Part shown: positions 48,581-49,933 of the stretch, piece after piece
How positions within the stretch are numbered: position 1 is the stretch's first letter
Layout of the letters: each line of letters starts with the position of its first letter
DNA from: Catajapyx aquilonaris
Taxonomy: Eukaryota
Reading direction: 5' to 3'
DNA length: 49,933 nt
Assembly: GCA_000934665.2 (NCBI GenBank)
Contig: JYFJ02002844.1
Span: forward strand, 1 to 49,933
Made by a program: the position numbers and the translations under genes
The notes under the pieces: generated by a model
What the model saw: only the letters and a program-made list of their open reading frames with translations
What the model was told of the DNA's origin: nothing
Databases searched by the model: none

Positions 48581-48887
48581 CGTACCGTACCGTACTGGGT
48601 TCAGTACTTCAGTGGGGCTTAACGTCGGCCTATTTCTGCCTCTAAGGCTCAACACCGACGCCAGGGGGTGGTTCTCCCACTGGAAATTTGGCCACTCTGG
48701 GGATCTTTAACGTGCACTCGCGCAATGTCACAAGCACACGGGACCGACGGCTTTACTTCCCCTCCGAAGGAAGGCGCACTCTCACTTTTCTACCACCCGG
48801 AGAAAAGTCCCCGACCTCGGCCGGGTTCGAAACCACAACTTTGGGTCTAGAGGCGAGCGCGCTAACTACTAGTCCACCAAGGCCGGC
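48581..48887 (-). mobile_element. tRNA-derived SINE, ~307 bp
   Basis: On the - strand: GCCGGCCTTGGTGGACTAGTAGTTAGCGCGCTCGCCT (A-box-like) ... GGTTTCGAACCC (B-box-like), a central body, and a (GTACG)3 tail at 48581-48595. Confidence 0.85.
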
Positions 48888-49933
48888 TGATACCGTATCG
48901 TACTGAAAAATGTTCCTCAACTCAAGCGAATCCCGTCAACATAGGACCACCCACGCGTCTTTTCTTGTAACAATTTTGTGGATATCTTCCAGTGTTTTTC
49001 ATCGTGCATTAAGATCGTAATTTGTTAAACTGCACCTGTCTATGTCATGTGCTTTTCTTCTCAAAAGGATCGCGAACAAGGCACAGTATTTTTTTGTTCT
49101 ACCGAGACTGACACGATGTTGAATACTAGCTTTGAGCTATTTTAATATTAGGGGGGGGGGGACTCCCTATAGTCCCTAACACACAACACACTTTAATAGG
49201 TACTGCATTGTACATAACTTCGATAGAATACCTAATTACATCATAACATTTACATTTTCACACTGTTTGCTATCTCATTGTAACTGCGACACAGTACCAT
49301 TTTTGAAGCGCATTGCGGATATAATGCCAGACGAAGTTGGCGAATTATGACCAATAAACCTGCCAAGTCTTATCTAGGGCTCATGAAAACCCATCCGAAA
49401 CTTATTGTCCTTGTTTCTGATCCTGAGACTTATAAACATGTACCAAAGTGAATAGGGGCTAGGAGAGAAACAATCGCATTCTCGCATTTCTGGGTCAGAT
49501 TGACAGCAATTTTCTGTGCTATGCGATACTCCGATCACAAGCATGTGCATGGCCGCAACCGGGTGAAGTAAGCCGAATTCTCGATATACCAGACAATACG
49601 CATCGCATTGCACCAATTGTACCAACAACATTTCATAGATAGTGATAGAACAATGCAATGGATGTTGACACCTGGCCTTCATGCTGCCAATACTTGGGTC
49701 GCAATCGTCGCATCCTATTTGCCTCAGGTGCATGTCACATTCCTGAAACAATCTTGCTCAACTTGTATAAGTCCCTCTTTTTTAGCTGGAAGCCAACGAG
49801 GTCTCGATGTTTCCAAGAACAGAGGAGCAGACAAGAAGGTCTGTTAACTTGGAGTGCTATGTTGAGCTAGAACCATGAAACATGTGCAGGAATTTTGCAC
49901 CCATTTTGCAACATTTTGTGCCACCGAAAACGA

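Noticed and set aside
48810..48887. tRNA gene
   Set aside because: Degenerate A/B boxes, no full cloverleaf, and it continues into a SINE body and tail.
49374..49870. Cys-rich ORFs at the window end
   Set aside because: No domain pattern; cannot be judged at the window edge.
1..49933. CRISPR arrays, prokaryotic operons or defence systems, autonomous transposases
   Set aside because: The sequence is spliceosomal-intron eukaryotic DNA. No repeat-spacer array and no transposase or reverse-transcriptase ORF was seen.

Overview
This is eukaryotic (arthropod, probably pancrustacean) genomic DNA, not prokaryotic. I see no CRISPR array, rRNA or true tRNA gene. Five intron-containing genes lie in tandem, all on the + strand: (1) a Cda5-like chitin deacetylase (~5.2-10.9 kb; chitin-binding domain, long low-complexity linker, catalytic domain) with two duplicated 226-nt mutually exclusive catalytic exons and a His-rich linker exon absent from the ORF track; (2) RpL19; (3) a URB1/Npa1-like ribosome-biogenesis gene (~1770 aa) whose first intron appears to be GC-AG; (4) elongation factor 1-delta with a candidate acidic/basic cassette exon; (5) an unrecognised, apparently spliced 170-aa gene (38099-43554) ending in a DDFPPL motif. 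Introns and intergenic DNA hold many MITE/fold-back elements (several nested, some near-perfect palindromes) and one tRNA-headed SINE. I built the exon models by hand from splice signals and reading-frame phase. No database search was run, so family calls rest on recognised motifs.
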